A DNA stretch of 64,000 bases, from assembly GCA_902539745.1 (NCBI GenBank), contig CACBKA010000005.1, positions 10,957 through 74,956 of the forward strand, in the 5' to 3' direction. Below, one piece after another: positions 20,049 to 29,644 of this stretch (the stretch's first letter is position 1; each line of letters starts with the position of its first letter). This stretch comes from an uncultured Pelagibacteraceae bacterium (GTDB lineage: Bacteria; Pseudomonadota; Alphaproteobacteria; Pelagibacterales; Pelagibacteraceae). The position numbers were made by a program, and so were the translations under genes. Below the pieces are notes generated by a model. It searched no databases. It saw only the letters and a list, made by a program, of their open reading frames with translations, and was not told the origin of the DNA.

Positions 20049-21423
20049 ATGCCGCTTGAATAATATTTTTTGAATATTGAGAATTTTTCTTAATTTCATC
20101 TGAGATTAAGAATGCAAGCTCTAAAGCTTGGTTTGCATTCAATCTAGGGTCACAATGTGTGTGATATCTGTGAGATAAATCTTTTTCAGATATTTTTTGA
20201 GCTCCACCTGTGCATTCTGTCACATCTTGTCCTGTCATTTCTATATGTAAGCCTCCTGCATAAGAACCCTCGGATTGATGAACAGCAAAAACTTTTTTGA
20301 TTTCCTTAACTATATTATTAAAAGGCCTCGTTTTAAAACCTGTGGTAGATACAAGAGTATTTCCATGCATTGGGTCACAGGACCAAATCACATTTAATCC
20401 CTCTTTCTTCACTGATCTTATCAATTTAGGTAAAAATTTATCAACATTATCTGCTCCGAATCTAGAAATTAAAGTTAATCTTCCGGGTTCATTTTGTGGA
20501 TTCAGCTTATTGCATAATTTTATTAATTCTTCGGGTTTAAGTGTGGGCCCACATTTCAAACCTATTGGATTTTTAATTCCTCTACAAAATTCGACGTGTC
20601 CTCCATCTAATTGTCTTGTCCTGTCTCCGATCCAAACAAAATGTGCTGACGTATCATGATATTCTCCAGTTGTTGAGTCAACTCTTGTCATTGCTTGCTC
20701 AAATGGTAAAAGAAGAGCCTCGTGGGAAGTATAAAAGTTCACTGTTCTTAATCTTCTGTTATTGTCAGCATTTATCCCGCATGCTTCCATAAATGCTAAT
20801 GCATCACTAATTTTGTCCTCTACTTCTTTATATTTTTTTCCTTGAGAACTGTCCTTTACAAAACCAAGATTCCATAAATGAACCTGACGTAAGTCTGCAA
20901 AGCCTCCTTGTGAAAATGCCCTTAATAAATTTAAAGTTGAGGCAGATTGTGAGTATGCTCTAAATAATCTCTTAGCATCGGGTTTACGAGCCTCTTCAGT
21001 AAATTCAATACCGTTTATATTGTCCCCTAAATAAGTCGGTAATTCTTTGCCATTCTTATTTTCCACAGGAGAACTTCTTGGCTTAGAAAACTGTCCAGCT
21101 ATTCTTCCTACTTTAACCACGGGTAGAGATGCTGAGGATGATAAAACTAAAGCCATTTGTAAAATTACTTTGAAAGTATCTTTTATGTTGTCAGGATGAA
21201 ATTCAGCAAAACTTTCTGCACAATCACCACCTTGTAATAAAAAAGCTTTTCCATCACAAACATCTGACAGTTGTTTTATAAGAGATCTAGACTCTCCAGC
21301 AAATACTAATGGTGGAAAACGTTTAATCTTATTTAGTACAAGATTAAGCTCATCCATATCATCATATTTAGGTATATGCTTGACAGGGTAATTTTTCCAA
21401 CTATCTAATTTCCATTTTTTCAT
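20044..21423 (-). CDS. Class II (plant-type) 3-deoxy-7-phosphoheptulonate (DAHP) synthase
   Basis: KPRSSP, WIGDRTRQLDGGHVEF and CDPMHGNT motifs. I place the start at MKKWKLDSW (ATG 21423), not the track's 21561. Confidence 0.9.
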   Translation of the reverse strand: MKKWKLDSWKNYPVKHIPKYDDMDELNLVLNKIKRFPPLVFAGESRSLIKQLSDVCDGKAFLLQGGDCAESFAEFHPDNIKDTFKVILQMALVLSSSASLPVVKVGRIAGQFSKPRSSPVENKNGKELPTYLGDNINGIEFTEEARKPDAKRLFRAYSQSASTLNLLRAFSQGGFADLRQVHLWNLGFVKDSSQGKKYKEVEDKISDALAFMEACGINADNNRRLRTVNFYTSHEALLLPFEQAMTRVDSTTGEYHDTSAHFVWIGDRTRQLDGGHVEFCRGIKNPIGLKCGPTLKPEELIKLCNKLNPQNEPGRLTLISRFGADNVDKFLPKLIRSVKKEGLNVIWSCDPMHGNTLVSTTGFKTRPFNNIVKEIKKVFAVHQSEGSYAGGLHIEMTGQDVTECTGGAQKISEKDLSHRYHTHCDPRLNANQALELAFLISDEIKKNSQYSKNIIQAAS

Positions 21424-21475
21424 ATTCAACCTACAGTCTATATAAGGTATACAGTTAAAAAAGTTAAGTAATAAG

Positions 21476-22156
21476 ATGGTTAAATTTACAAAGAAAATCG
21501 TTGAAAATAGTGAAAATTTTTTAATTAAAAAATTTATTAACCAATTTAAAAGAAAAATCAAAAATAAAGGGGGAGCACGATTTTCATTTGTTCTGACTGG
21601 AGGGAAAAGTCCAATTAAACTTTATAAAAATTTAGCAAAAGAAAAAAATATACCATGGCGAAATATAGACTTTTTTTTTGGTGACGAGAGATGTGTGAAT
21701 AAAAATTCTAAAGATTCAAACTTTAATATGTGTAAAAAAAATTTACTGAAAAAAATACCTATTCTTAATAGTCAAATTTATGAAATAAATATTAAAAACA
21801 AGAAATTTAAAAATATTGCTAGAGAATACGAAAAAAAAATCAAGAAATATTTTAATGGAAAAAAAATTTGTTTTGATTTAACTCTTTTAGGAATTGGTAA
21901 TGATGGACATATTGCTTCTCTTTTCAAAAATAACATAAGTAAAATTAATAAAAAAGATGTAGATTTTGTAATTAGAAAAGATTTTAAAAGAGTGACCTTA
22001 ACAATAAAATGTATAAATAATTCAAAAAATATTTTTCTTTGGGCGCCAGGAAAAAATAAAAAAAAGATTATTAAAAATATTATAAAGGATAAAAGACTTG
22101 TATATCCAGCGTCTTATTTAAGATCAAAAAATAATATTTTATTCTACTGTAACTGA
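21476..22156 (+). CDS. pgl: 6-phosphogluconolactonase
   Basis: LTGGKSP and LLGIGNDGHIASLF motifs. 226 aa. Confidence 0.8.
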   Translation: MVKFTKKIVENSENFLIKKFINQFKRKIKNKGGARFSFVLTGGKSPIKLYKNLAKEKNIPWRNIDFFFGDERCVNKNSKDSNFNMCKKNLLKKIPILNSQIYEINIKNKKFKNIAREYEKKIKKYFNGKKICFDLTLLGIGNDGHIASLFKNNISKINKKDVDFVIRKDFKRVTLTIKCINNSKNIFLWAPGKNKKKIIKNIIKDKRLVYPASYLRSKNNILFYCN

Positions 22157-23956
22157 TTTAGCTAAATTTCTTGGCTTATCAATATCGCACTTTTTAAATA
22201 AAGCTACATGATAAGAAAGAAGTTGAAGAGGTATTGTAAATATAAAAGGTGTAAGAGATAAATCTGAAGGAGGTAAATCAATCTGAAATCTAATATTTTC
22301 ACTTATTACTTTTCCATCAGTGTTTGTTAGAAGTAAAACTTTTCCTCCTCTTGCAATAACCTCTTGCATATTTGACAAAGTTTTTTCAAAATATTTATCT
22401 TTTGGTGCGATCACGACAACTGGTAATCCATCTTCAATTAATGCTAAGGGTCCATGTTTCATTTCACCAGCAGGATATCCCTCGGCATGTAGGTATGAAA
22501 GCTCTTTTAATTTTAATGCTCCTTCCATAGCTATTGGATAAGACGAGCCTCTACCCAAAAACATTGAGCCTTTAGAATTGTAAATATCTTTTGCTATAAG
22601 TTGAATTTTTTGTTCTTCTTTTAGTGTTTCTTTAATTAATTGTGGTAAATTTTTTAAATTACTTATTAATTTTTTATATTTTTTTTTATCTAAATCTCCC
22701 CTCACCTCTCCAATCTTTAATGAAAATAAATACAGAACAAGCATTTGACCTAAAAAAGCTTTTGTTGAAGCTACACCGATTTCAGGTCCAGCATGGATTG
22801 GTAATACACAATCTGATTGTCTAGCTATCGAGCTCTCAACAACATTTACTACAGAACATGTTTTTAAATTTTCTTTTTTACAAAGATCAAGTGCTGCAAA
22901 AGTGTCTGCTGTTTCCCCTGATTGTGAAACAAAAATATAAAGATTGTCTTTGTCAAACCTATTATTTCTATACCTAAATTCAGAAGCTATGTCTGTCTCA
23001 ATAACTAAATTCGTAAACTCCTCAAGCCAATATTTTGTAACTAAACAAGAGTGATAAGCAGTTCCACATCCTATAAGCACAATTTTTTTAATTTTTTTTG
23101 GTTCAATTGGGAGATTATAGAAATTTATCTCCTCTCTAATTTTATCAATATATTCTTTTAAACAAGTTTTTAATGTTATCGGTTGTTCAAAAATCTCTTT
23201 GATCATAAAGTTTTTATAATTTCCCTTGCTTGCTTCAGACTTGTTTTCAGAAAGAGTAAATATCTGTTTATTTATTTTTTCTTTATTTGAATTATAAAAC
23301 TTCACTTCATCTTTGGATAAAATACAAACATCCCCGTCATCTAAATATGAAATTTTATTTGTCATAGATTTTAAAGCATAAGAGTCGGATCCTAGATAAT
23401 TCTCATCATTTGAATATCCAACAGCTAAAGGACTGCCTCTTCTTGCGCCAATAACAAAATCTTTATAATTTTTAAATATTATTCCTAATGCGAAACTGCC
23501 TTTTAAAAGACCTAGAGTTTTAAAAACTGCTTCCAAAGGTTCTGTGTTTTTCAATTTTTCAGTCAACAACACTGTTATTACCTCAGTATCTGTCTGCGAT
23601 TTAAAAGTTTTTCCCTCTTTCTCCAAAATCTTTTTTAATTCATTTGAGTTTTCAATAATACCATTGTGTACTACTGAAACTATTTCAGTTGAGTGTGGAT
23701 GAGCATTTACTTCGTTGGGTACGCCGTGAGTAGCCCATCTAACATGACCTATGCCAAGATTTCCCTCACTAGGGTTTTGAAACAAAATTTTTTCTAATTT
23801 TTCAACTCTTCCTGGACATTTTTTTTCATCTATTTTTCCTTTGTTAATTGTTGCCAATCCAGCTGAGTCATATCCTCTATACTCTAATTTTTTAAGAGCA
23901 TTTATGATATTTACTGAAACAGATTTATTGCTAGCAATACCTATAATTCCACACAT
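22139..23956 (-). CDS. glmS: Glutamine--fructose-6-phosphate aminotransferase
   Basis: N-terminal nucleophile MCGIIG, two SIS domains, C-terminal KSVTVE. 605 aa. Confidence 0.95.
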   Translation of the reverse strand: MCGIIGIASNKSVSVNIINALKKLEYRGYDSAGLATINKGKIDEKKCPGRVEKLEKILFQNPSEGNLGIGHVRWATHGVPNEVNAHPHSTEIVSVVHNGIIENSNELKKILEKEGKTFKSQTDTEVITVLLTEKLKNTEPLEAVFKTLGLLKGSFALGIIFKNYKDFVIGARRGSPLAVGYSNDENYLGSDSYALKSMTNKISYLDDGDVCILSKDEVKFYNSNKEKINKQIFTLSENKSEASKGNYKNFMIKEIFEQPITLKTCLKEYIDKIREEINFYNLPIEPKKIKKIVLIGCGTAYHSCLVTKYWLEEFTNLVIETDIASEFRYRNNRFDKDNLYIFVSQSGETADTFAALDLCKKENLKTCSVVNVVESSIARQSDCVLPIHAGPEIGVASTKAFLGQMLVLYLFSLKIGEVRGDLDKKKYKKLISNLKNLPQLIKETLKEEQKIQLIAKDIYNSKGSMFLGRGSSYPIAMEGALKLKELSYLHAEGYPAGEMKHGPLALIEDGLPVVVIAPKDKYFEKTLSNMQEVIARGGKVLLLTNTDGKVISENIRFQIDLPPSDLSLTPFIFTIPLQLLSYHVALFKKCDIDKPRNLAKSVTVE

Positions 23957-24597
23957 TATTTTTTTCTTTTATAGTTTTCAATTTCCTCTTGTTCTGATCT
24001 TTCAATAGATAAGGAATTTTCTTTTACATCTTCTGTAATTACTGATCCCGCACCAACTACAGCATTTTTATTTATTTTTATAGGTGCTACAAGTGAACTA
24101 TTTGATCCTATAAAAACATTATCAGAAATAGTTGTTTTGTTTTTTTTAACTCCATCGTAGTTACAAGTAATTGTACCAGCACCGATATTAGAATTTTTAC
24201 CGATTAGCGTGTCTCCGATATAGGAAAGATGATTAACTTTAGAATTTTTTTTAATTTTTGATTTTTTTGTCTCAACAAAATTACCAATTTTAACCCCAGA
24301 CATTAGATGTGTTCCCTCTCTTAATCGTGCGTAAGGTCCAACCTTAACTTTATTTTCAATTTTTGCTCCCTCAATATGACTAAACGATAAAATTTCAACA
24401 TTGTTTCCGATTTTCACTTTTTTTCCAATAACTACATAAGGATTTATAGTTACATTTTTTCCAAATTTAGTATCTCTTGATAAAAATATAGTTTCAGGTG
24501 CAATTAAATTTACACCAGATTTTATTGCTTTTTTTCTCAGCAACTCTTGGTTTGACCTAAAGTTATCAATTTTTTTTAGATTTGATTTTGTTTTCAT
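23956..24597 (-). CDS. glmU: Stand-alone GlmU-type glucosamine-1-phosphate N-acetyltransferase (left-handed beta-helix domain only)
   Basis: 213 aa. GAGTITCNYDGVKKNKTTISDNVFIGSNSSLVAPI matches the GlmU C-terminal domain. No uridylyltransferase domain is present. 1-nt TAATG coupling to glmS. Confidence 0.8.
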   Translation of the reverse strand: MKTKSNLKKIDNFRSNQELLRKKAIKSGVNLIAPETIFLSRDTKFGKNVTINPYVVIGKKVKIGNNVEILSFSHIEGAKIENKVKVGPYARLREGTHLMSGVKIGNFVETKKSKIKKNSKVNHLSYIGDTLIGKNSNIGAGTITCNYDGVKKNKTTISDNVFIGSNSSLVAPIKINKNAVVGAGSVITEDVKENSLSIERSEQEEIENYKRKK

Positions 24598-24669
24598 AGA
24601 AATTTGTATTTACATTAGATTTAATATGGTAATAAGTCACAAAATATTTCTTTATAATACTTAATAAAA

Positions 24670-25332
24670 ATGACTCAAAAATTAACAATTTTATTTGATT
24701 TAGATGGAACCCTTGTTGATACAGCGCCAGACTTGATGGGTGCTCATAATCATGTCATGAAAAAATTTGGTTATCCTCAAAAGAGTCTAGATGATATCAA
24801 GCATATTGCAGGTCGAGGAGCCTGGATAATGATGCAAAGAACATTTAGAGATGAAATCAAAGATGAAAATTTAAAAAAAGAAATGGTTAAAGAGTTCATA
24901 AATTATTATGCAAAAAATATTGATAGGGCAAGCAAACCGATTAAAGGTGTAGTTAAATTTCTTGATTGGGCAAAATCAAAACAAATTTTAATGGCTGTTT
25001 GTACAAACAAGCAAGAAAGACTTGCGGTTGATCTACTCAAAAAAATCAATCTATCACAATATTTCGAATATATAGCCGGGTGTGATACTTTCGATTTTAA
25101 TAAACCTGACCCAAGACATTTAACAAATGTTATCGACATAATTGGTGGAGATATAAATAAAAGTATTATGATTGGCGATAGCGAAGTGGATTCGCAATCA
25201 GCATATAACGCCAAAATTCCATTTATTTTGGTTGAGGAAGGATATACAGAAAAAAATATAAATGAAATTCCACACAAAACTCTTATAAAAGATTTTTCTA
25301 ATTTTGAAAAAATTGTTGAAAAATATTTATGA
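24670..25332 (+). CDS. HAD-superfamily phosphatase (phosphoglycolate phosphatase-like)
   Basis: FDLDGTLVDT motif I and GDSEVD motif. 220 aa. Confidence 0.75.
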   Translation: MTQKLTILFDLDGTLVDTAPDLMGAHNHVMKKFGYPQKSLDDIKHIAGRGAWIMMQRTFRDEIKDENLKKEMVKEFINYYAKNIDRASKPIKGVVKFLDWAKSKQILMAVCTNKQERLAVDLLKKINLSQYFEYIAGCDTFDFNKPDPRHLTNVIDIIGGDINKSIMIGDSEVDSQSAYNAKIPFILVEEGYTEKNINEIPHKTLIKDFSNFEKIVEKYL

Positions 25333-25931
25333 TTGATCTTCAGTTGTTTGGTGCCCTTGTTACTTATTATTTTATAATGTTTGCTACACCTGGTCCAAAT
25401 AATGCAATGTTGACAGCATCGGGATTAAAATTTGGGTTTCTTAGAACACTCCCTCACTTAGTTGGTATTCCATTGGGTCACATTTTTCAAATAGGACTAG
25501 TTTGCTTCGGTATTGGGAACTTATTTTTAATATTTCCTGATTTGCAATTTTATATGAAAATATTGTGTTTTATTTATTTACTTTATTTGGGATGGAAAAT
25601 AATAGGTTCTTTTAGTCTTGCTGAAAAAGATACAAAAGGAAGACCATTAAAATTTTATGAAGCGTCTTTATTTCAATTTATTAATCCGAAAGCCTGGACT
25701 ATAGCGATCACAGTTGCCTCAGGTTTTTTTCCAACAGAAGAAAATTTTTTAATAGCTGTGATGTTCATAACAATTACTGCTGCTGTAGTTTGTTTCCCGT
25801 CAATATGTATTTGGGCTATATTTGGAAATAGCTTAAGAGTTTTTATTAAAAATGAAAAAACTAAAAAAATTACTGAATATATCTTGGCTATATTGTTGGT
25901 TTTAACTGCTATTACAATACTTTTAAAATAA
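25329..25931 (+). CDS. LysE/RhtB family amino-acid exporter
   Basis: 200 aa, six hydrophobic segments. N-terminal TPGPNN motif. Confidence 0.8.
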   Translation: MIDLQLFGALVTYYFIMFATPGPNNAMLTASGLKFGFLRTLPHLVGIPLGHIFQIGLVCFGIGNLFLIFPDLQFYMKILCFIYLLYLGWKIIGSFSLAEKDTKGRPLKFYEASLFQFINPKAWTIAITVASGFFPTEENFLIAVMFITITAAVVCFPSICIWAIFGNSLRVFIKNEKTKKITEYILAILLVLTAITILLK

Positions 25932-25969
25932 TCTTTGATTTTATATTTTTGTTTTAATATAAAAACTTA

Positions 25970-26866
25970 ATGCATTTTACAAAAAAAAATGCTGGGGAGA
26001 AAAGAAAAGATTTTATAAACAATCTTAAAGAAAAAAAATTACTTAGATTTCCTGGCGCATACAATCCTTTATGTGCAAAATTAATTGCTGAAATTGGATT
26101 TGATGGTATTTATATTTCTGGCGGGGTGATGTCTAATGATCTTGGAATTCCAGATATAGGACTTACAACACTTAAACATGTAAATTATAGAGCAAGCCAA
26201 ATAGCTAAAGTAAGTGATTTGCCTTCTATCGTTGATGCAGACACTGGTTTTTCAAATTGCAAAAATACAATTGAAACTTTTGAGAATTCTGGTCTTGCTG
26301 GGTGTCATATTGAAGATCAAGTAGCTGAAAAAAGATGCGGTCACTTAGAAAATAAAGAACTTATTTCAACAAATGAAATGGTAAAGAAAATTAAAGATTC
26401 GATAAAAGCAAGAAAGGACAAACATTTTTCAATAATTGTAAGAACAGATGCAAATCTCGTAGAAGGTCTTAATAAAACTATTGATAGAATAAAAGCTTAT
26501 GAAGCGGCTGGTGCTGACATAATATTTCCTGAATCTATGAAAGATGAGAAAGAATTCGAAAATGTTAGAAAAAATTCAAAGGCTTATTTACTCGCAAACA
26601 TGACTGAATTTGGAAAATCTAAATTATTATCTACAAAAGAATTAGAGAATTTAGGATATAATATTGTAATATACCCAGTAACTACCCAAAGATTAGCAAT
26701 GAAGAGTGTTGAGGAAGGATTGAGGTCTATTTTTAAGGATGGACATCAAAATAATATTATAGATAAAATGCAAACTCGTAAAAGATTATACGAACTTGTA
26801 GAGTATGAAAAATATAATACTCCAAACAAGAAAATTACAGATTTTAAAACTGAGGGACATGAATAA
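25970..26866 (+). CDS. prpB: Methylisocitrate lyase (ICL/PEP-mutase superfamily)
   Basis: IEDQVAEKRCGHLENK signature. Adjacent to the prpC-type citrate synthase gene. Confidence 0.8.
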   Translation: MHFTKKNAGEKRKDFINNLKEKKLLRFPGAYNPLCAKLIAEIGFDGIYISGGVMSNDLGIPDIGLTTLKHVNYRASQIAKVSDLPSIVDADTGFSNCKNTIETFENSGLAGCHIEDQVAEKRCGHLENKELISTNEMVKKIKDSIKARKDKHFSIIVRTDANLVEGLNKTIDRIKAYEAAGADIIFPESMKDEKEFENVRKNSKAYLLANMTEFGKSKLLSTKELENLGYNIVIYPVTTQRLAMKSVEEGLRSIFKDGHQNNIIDKMQTRKRLYELVEYEKYNTPNKKITDFKTEGHE

Positions 26867-26869
26867 ATT

Positions 26870-27994
26870 ATGAGCGATGAAGTAAAAAAAGGTTTAATGG
26901 GTATAGTTGTTGATGAAACTACTATCTCACAAGTTATGCCAGAAATTAATTCGCTTACATACAGAGGATACAAAGTTCAGGATCTTTGTGAAAAATGTAT
27001 TTTCGAAGAAGTTGCTTATCTAGTTTTAAATGGTGAGCTTCCAAGATCAAAAGAATTAAAAAAATTTATAAACGAGGAAAGAAATAATCGTAAATTATCA
27101 AAACAAATTTTGAATGATATTAAAAACATGCCAAAGAAAGCACATCCAATGGATGCGATAAGATCAGCTGTTAGTTTAATGGGTCTTGAAGATAAAGATG
27201 CAGGTGATAATTCGCCAAAAGCAAATATGAGAAAAGCTATGAGAATTTTTGCTCAAACCCCTACAGCTGTTGCAGCTTATTTTAGAGCAAGAAAAGGTAA
27301 AAAATTTATACCGCCGAACAAAAAATTATCGTATTCAGAAAATTTCTTTCATATGATGTTTGGTAAAGTTCCAAAGAAAGAAATAGTAGAGGCTTTTGAT
27401 GTTTCTATGATTCTTTATGCTGAACATAGTTTTAATGTTTCTACTTTCACTGCAAGAACAATAACAAGCAGTTTGTCTGATATGCATGGTGCAATAACTG
27501 GGGCGATCGCTAGTCTTAAAGGACCATTGCATGGAGGTGCTAATGAAGCTGTAATGCATATGTTTAAAGAAATTAAATCTCCTCAGAAAGCAAAGTCTTG
27601 GATCAATGATGCATTAGATAAGAAAAAGGTGATTATGGGGTTTGGTCATCGAGTTTACAGAAGTGGAGACTCTAGGGTGCCCACGATGAAAAAATATTTT
27701 TTAAAGGTAGCTGAGTTAATGAAAAATACTAAATATCCTGAGATGTATGACACTTTAGAAAAAGCTATGCTTGAAAGAAAAAATATTCATCCTAATGTTG
27801 ATTACCCTTGCGGACCGACTTATCATTTAATGGGAATAGATACAGACTTTTTTACACCAGTTTTTGTAATGGCTAGAATAACTGGGTGGTCTGCTCATAT
27901 CATGGAACAGCATACTGCAAATAAATTAATTAGGCCTTTATCTAAGTATAAAGGGAGCGAGCACAGAGAGGTGCTGGCTTTAAATATAAGATAA
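26870..27994 (+). CDS. prpC: 2-methylcitrate synthase / citrate synthase family
   Basis: GPLHGGANE and GFGHRVY motifs. 374 aa. Confidence 0.85.
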   Translation: MSDEVKKGLMGIVVDETTISQVMPEINSLTYRGYKVQDLCEKCIFEEVAYLVLNGELPRSKELKKFINEERNNRKLSKQILNDIKNMPKKAHPMDAIRSAVSLMGLEDKDAGDNSPKANMRKAMRIFAQTPTAVAAYFRARKGKKFIPPNKKLSYSENFFHMMFGKVPKKEIVEAFDVSMILYAEHSFNVSTFTARTITSSLSDMHGAITGAIASLKGPLHGGANEAVMHMFKEIKSPQKAKSWINDALDKKKVIMGFGHRVYRSGDSRVPTMKKYFLKVAELMKNTKYPEMYDTLEKAMLERKNIHPNVDYPCGPTYHLMGIDTDFFTPVFVMARITGWSAHIMEQHTANKLIRPLSKYKGSEHREVLALNIR

Positions 27995-28639
27995 TTATAT
28001 TGTTATTTTTGCAAATCTTTTTTCAATAATCTCAAATTTTAACTTTTTTTCTTTTACAAATTGGTCAACAGCCCTCTTAACACCTGTAATATAGTCTGCG
28101 TCTTCATAATCATCACACAAAATTATTGCGTCTTTATTTAACGAAATTTTATCAAAAAGTAAATTTAGATCATTAAAAACAGTTTCAAAACTATGTCCGC
28201 CATCTAAGAATGCGAAATCAATGTTTTCCATGTCCAAATGTTGTAAAATCTTATTAGAATTTCCCTTAATTAAAGTAATATTTTTTGAATATTTTTTCAA
28301 AAATTTTTGAACACTCTCATAAGAATTTAAATTTTCTCTTAAAATTATATTGTAAAATAAGTTTTTAATTGGATTAGAAAAACTTTGTTTTTTCAAGTAG
28401 TTGGGTACTTTTTCATCTTCATTTGTTTTATCCCCAAACAGGTCTATGCCAATATATTTGAAATTTCCTGAGTGAATAATATTTAAAAGTTCACAAACAT
28501 TCCTCGCCGTAACACCACAAAAAACACCTACTTCCAGGAAAACTTTAGGCCTGTGTTGGTTGACAATATTTAAAAAAATATTTCCCCAATCTTTTTTTAA
28601 TCCCGATTTTCTCCAGTAAGTTTTATAATCAATGCTCAA
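27995..28639 (-). CDS. Class I SAM-dependent methyltransferase (Methyltransf_24-like)
   Basis: FLEVGVFCGVTA SAM-binding loop and FAFLDGGHSFE. 214 aa. Confidence 0.6.
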   Translation of the reverse strand: MSIDYKTYWRKSGLKKDWGNIFLNIVNQHRPKVFLEVGVFCGVTARNVCELLNIIHSGNFKYIGIDLFGDKTNEDEKVPNYLKKQSFSNPIKNLFYNIILRENLNSYESVQKFLKKYSKNITLIKGNSNKILQHLDMENIDFAFLDGGHSFETVFNDLNLLFDKISLNKDAIILCDDYEDADYITGVKRAVDQFVKEKKLKFEIIEKRFAKITI

Positions 28640-28642
28640 TGA

Positions 28643-29644
28643 TTAAGAAAATGCTTCTGCCCAAGAACCTTTTGTCGATGCCTTAGAATATTCAGTTGCT
28701 CTGCCTTCGAAGAAATTCATGTGTTCAACAGCATTAAGCATTGTGTCTAACCAGGTTAGTGGGTTTTCTTTAACTTTATAAATTGGTTGTAAACCAAGCT
28801 GGATAAGTCTTCTGTCCCCTATCCATCTAATATATTTTTTAACCTGATCAGCTGTTAAACCTTGTATTGGGCCCATCTTAAAAGCCAGATCTATGAAAGC
28901 ATCCTCGTGGGCAATAATAGTTTTACAAGCATCGTAAAGATCTTTTTGTAATTTTTCAGTCCATATCTCCGGATTTTCCTTAATGAAAGCTCTAAATAGT
29001 CTAATCATAGAGTTGCAGTGGAGAGTTTCGTCTCTGACTGACCAAGTAACGATTTGACCCATTCCTTTCATTTTATTGTGCCTTGGAAAGTTTAATAAGA
29101 TTGCAAAACTTGCAAAAAGTTGAAGTCCTTCTGTGAAAGCACTAAATACAGCAACGGTTTTAGCAATGTCAGCTTTTGAATTTACATTAAAACCTTGCAT
29201 GTAATCATACTTATCTTTCATCTCTTTATATTTCATAAATGCTGAATACTCTGACTCAGGCATTCCGATTGTATCTAATAAGTGAGAATAAGCTGCAATA
29301 TGCACTGTTTCCATTGCTGCAAATGCAGTCATCATCATCAAAACCTCTGTTGGTTTAAAAACTGTTGTGTAATGTCTCAAATAACAATTGTTTACCTCTA
29401 CATCAGCTTGAGTAAAAAATCTAAAAATTTGAGTTAATAAGTTTTTTTCTTCTTGAGATAGGTTTTTTTGCCAATCTCTTACATCGTCACCTAGTGGTAC
29501 TTCTTCTGGTAACCAGTGTATTCTTTGTTGTGTAAGCCATGCATCATAGCACCATGGATATCTAAATGGTTTGTATACTGGATTTTCTACTAATAGCCCG
29601 CCCTTAAAAACTTCTTGATCTTTTTTTAGTTTAATTACTGACAT
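28643..29644 (-). CDS. nrdB: Ribonucleotide reductase class Ia beta subunit
   Basis: Diiron/tyrosyl motif AAMETVHIAAYSH (E-x2-H-x3-Y, radical Tyr present). I prefer the ATG at 29644 (MSVIKL) over the GTG at 29653. Overlaps the nrdA stop codon. Confidence 0.9.
   Translation of the reverse strand: MSVIKLKKDQEVFKGGLLVENPVYKPFRYPWCYDAWLTQQRIHWLPEEVPLGDDVRDWQKNLSQEEKNLLTQIFRFFTQADVEVNNCYLRHYTTVFKPTEVLMMMTAFAAMETVHIAAYSHLLDTIGMPESEYSAFMKYKEMKDKYDYMQGFNVNSKADIAKTVAVFSAFTEGLQLFASFAILLNFPRHNKMKGMGQIVTWSVRDETLHCNSMIRLFRAFIKENPEIWTEKLQKDLYDACKTIIAHEDAFIDLAFKMGPIQGLTADQVKKYIRWIGDRRLIQLGLQPIYKVKENPLTWLDTMLNAVEHMNFFEGRATEYSKASTKGSWAEAFS

Noticed and set aside
20297-20659. 120-aa plus-strand ORF inside the DAHP synthase gene. 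Similar antisense ORFs occur at 24906-25277, 44708-45013, 54297-54620, 17503-17781, 62515-62802 and elsewhere.
   Set aside because: All are fully embedded antisense to strongly supported genes and show no recognisable domains. Such ORFs are expected by chance in long stop-poor antisense frames.
21424-21561. 46-aa hydrophobic N-terminal extension of the DAHP synthase ORF (track start 21561)
   Set aside because: Class II DAHP synthases begin near the MKKWKLDSW-type sequence. The extension would overlap the divergent pgl gene by 86 nt and looks like translated AT-rich spacer.
25939-25964. Inverted repeat TTTTATAT-n10-ATATAAAA between the LysE gene and prpB, considered as a terminator
   Set aside because: The stem is A/T only (8 bp) with a 10-nt loop, so it would be very weak. 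It is easily produced by chance in AT-rich spacer.
25970-26866. Possibility that the ICL/PEPM-superfamily gene is a PEP mutase (phosphonate biosynthesis)
   Set aside because: It carries the methylisocitrate/isocitrate lyase KRCGH motif rather than the PepM EDK-x5-NS motif as I recall it. It is also followed directly by a 2-methylcitrate synthase-type gene.
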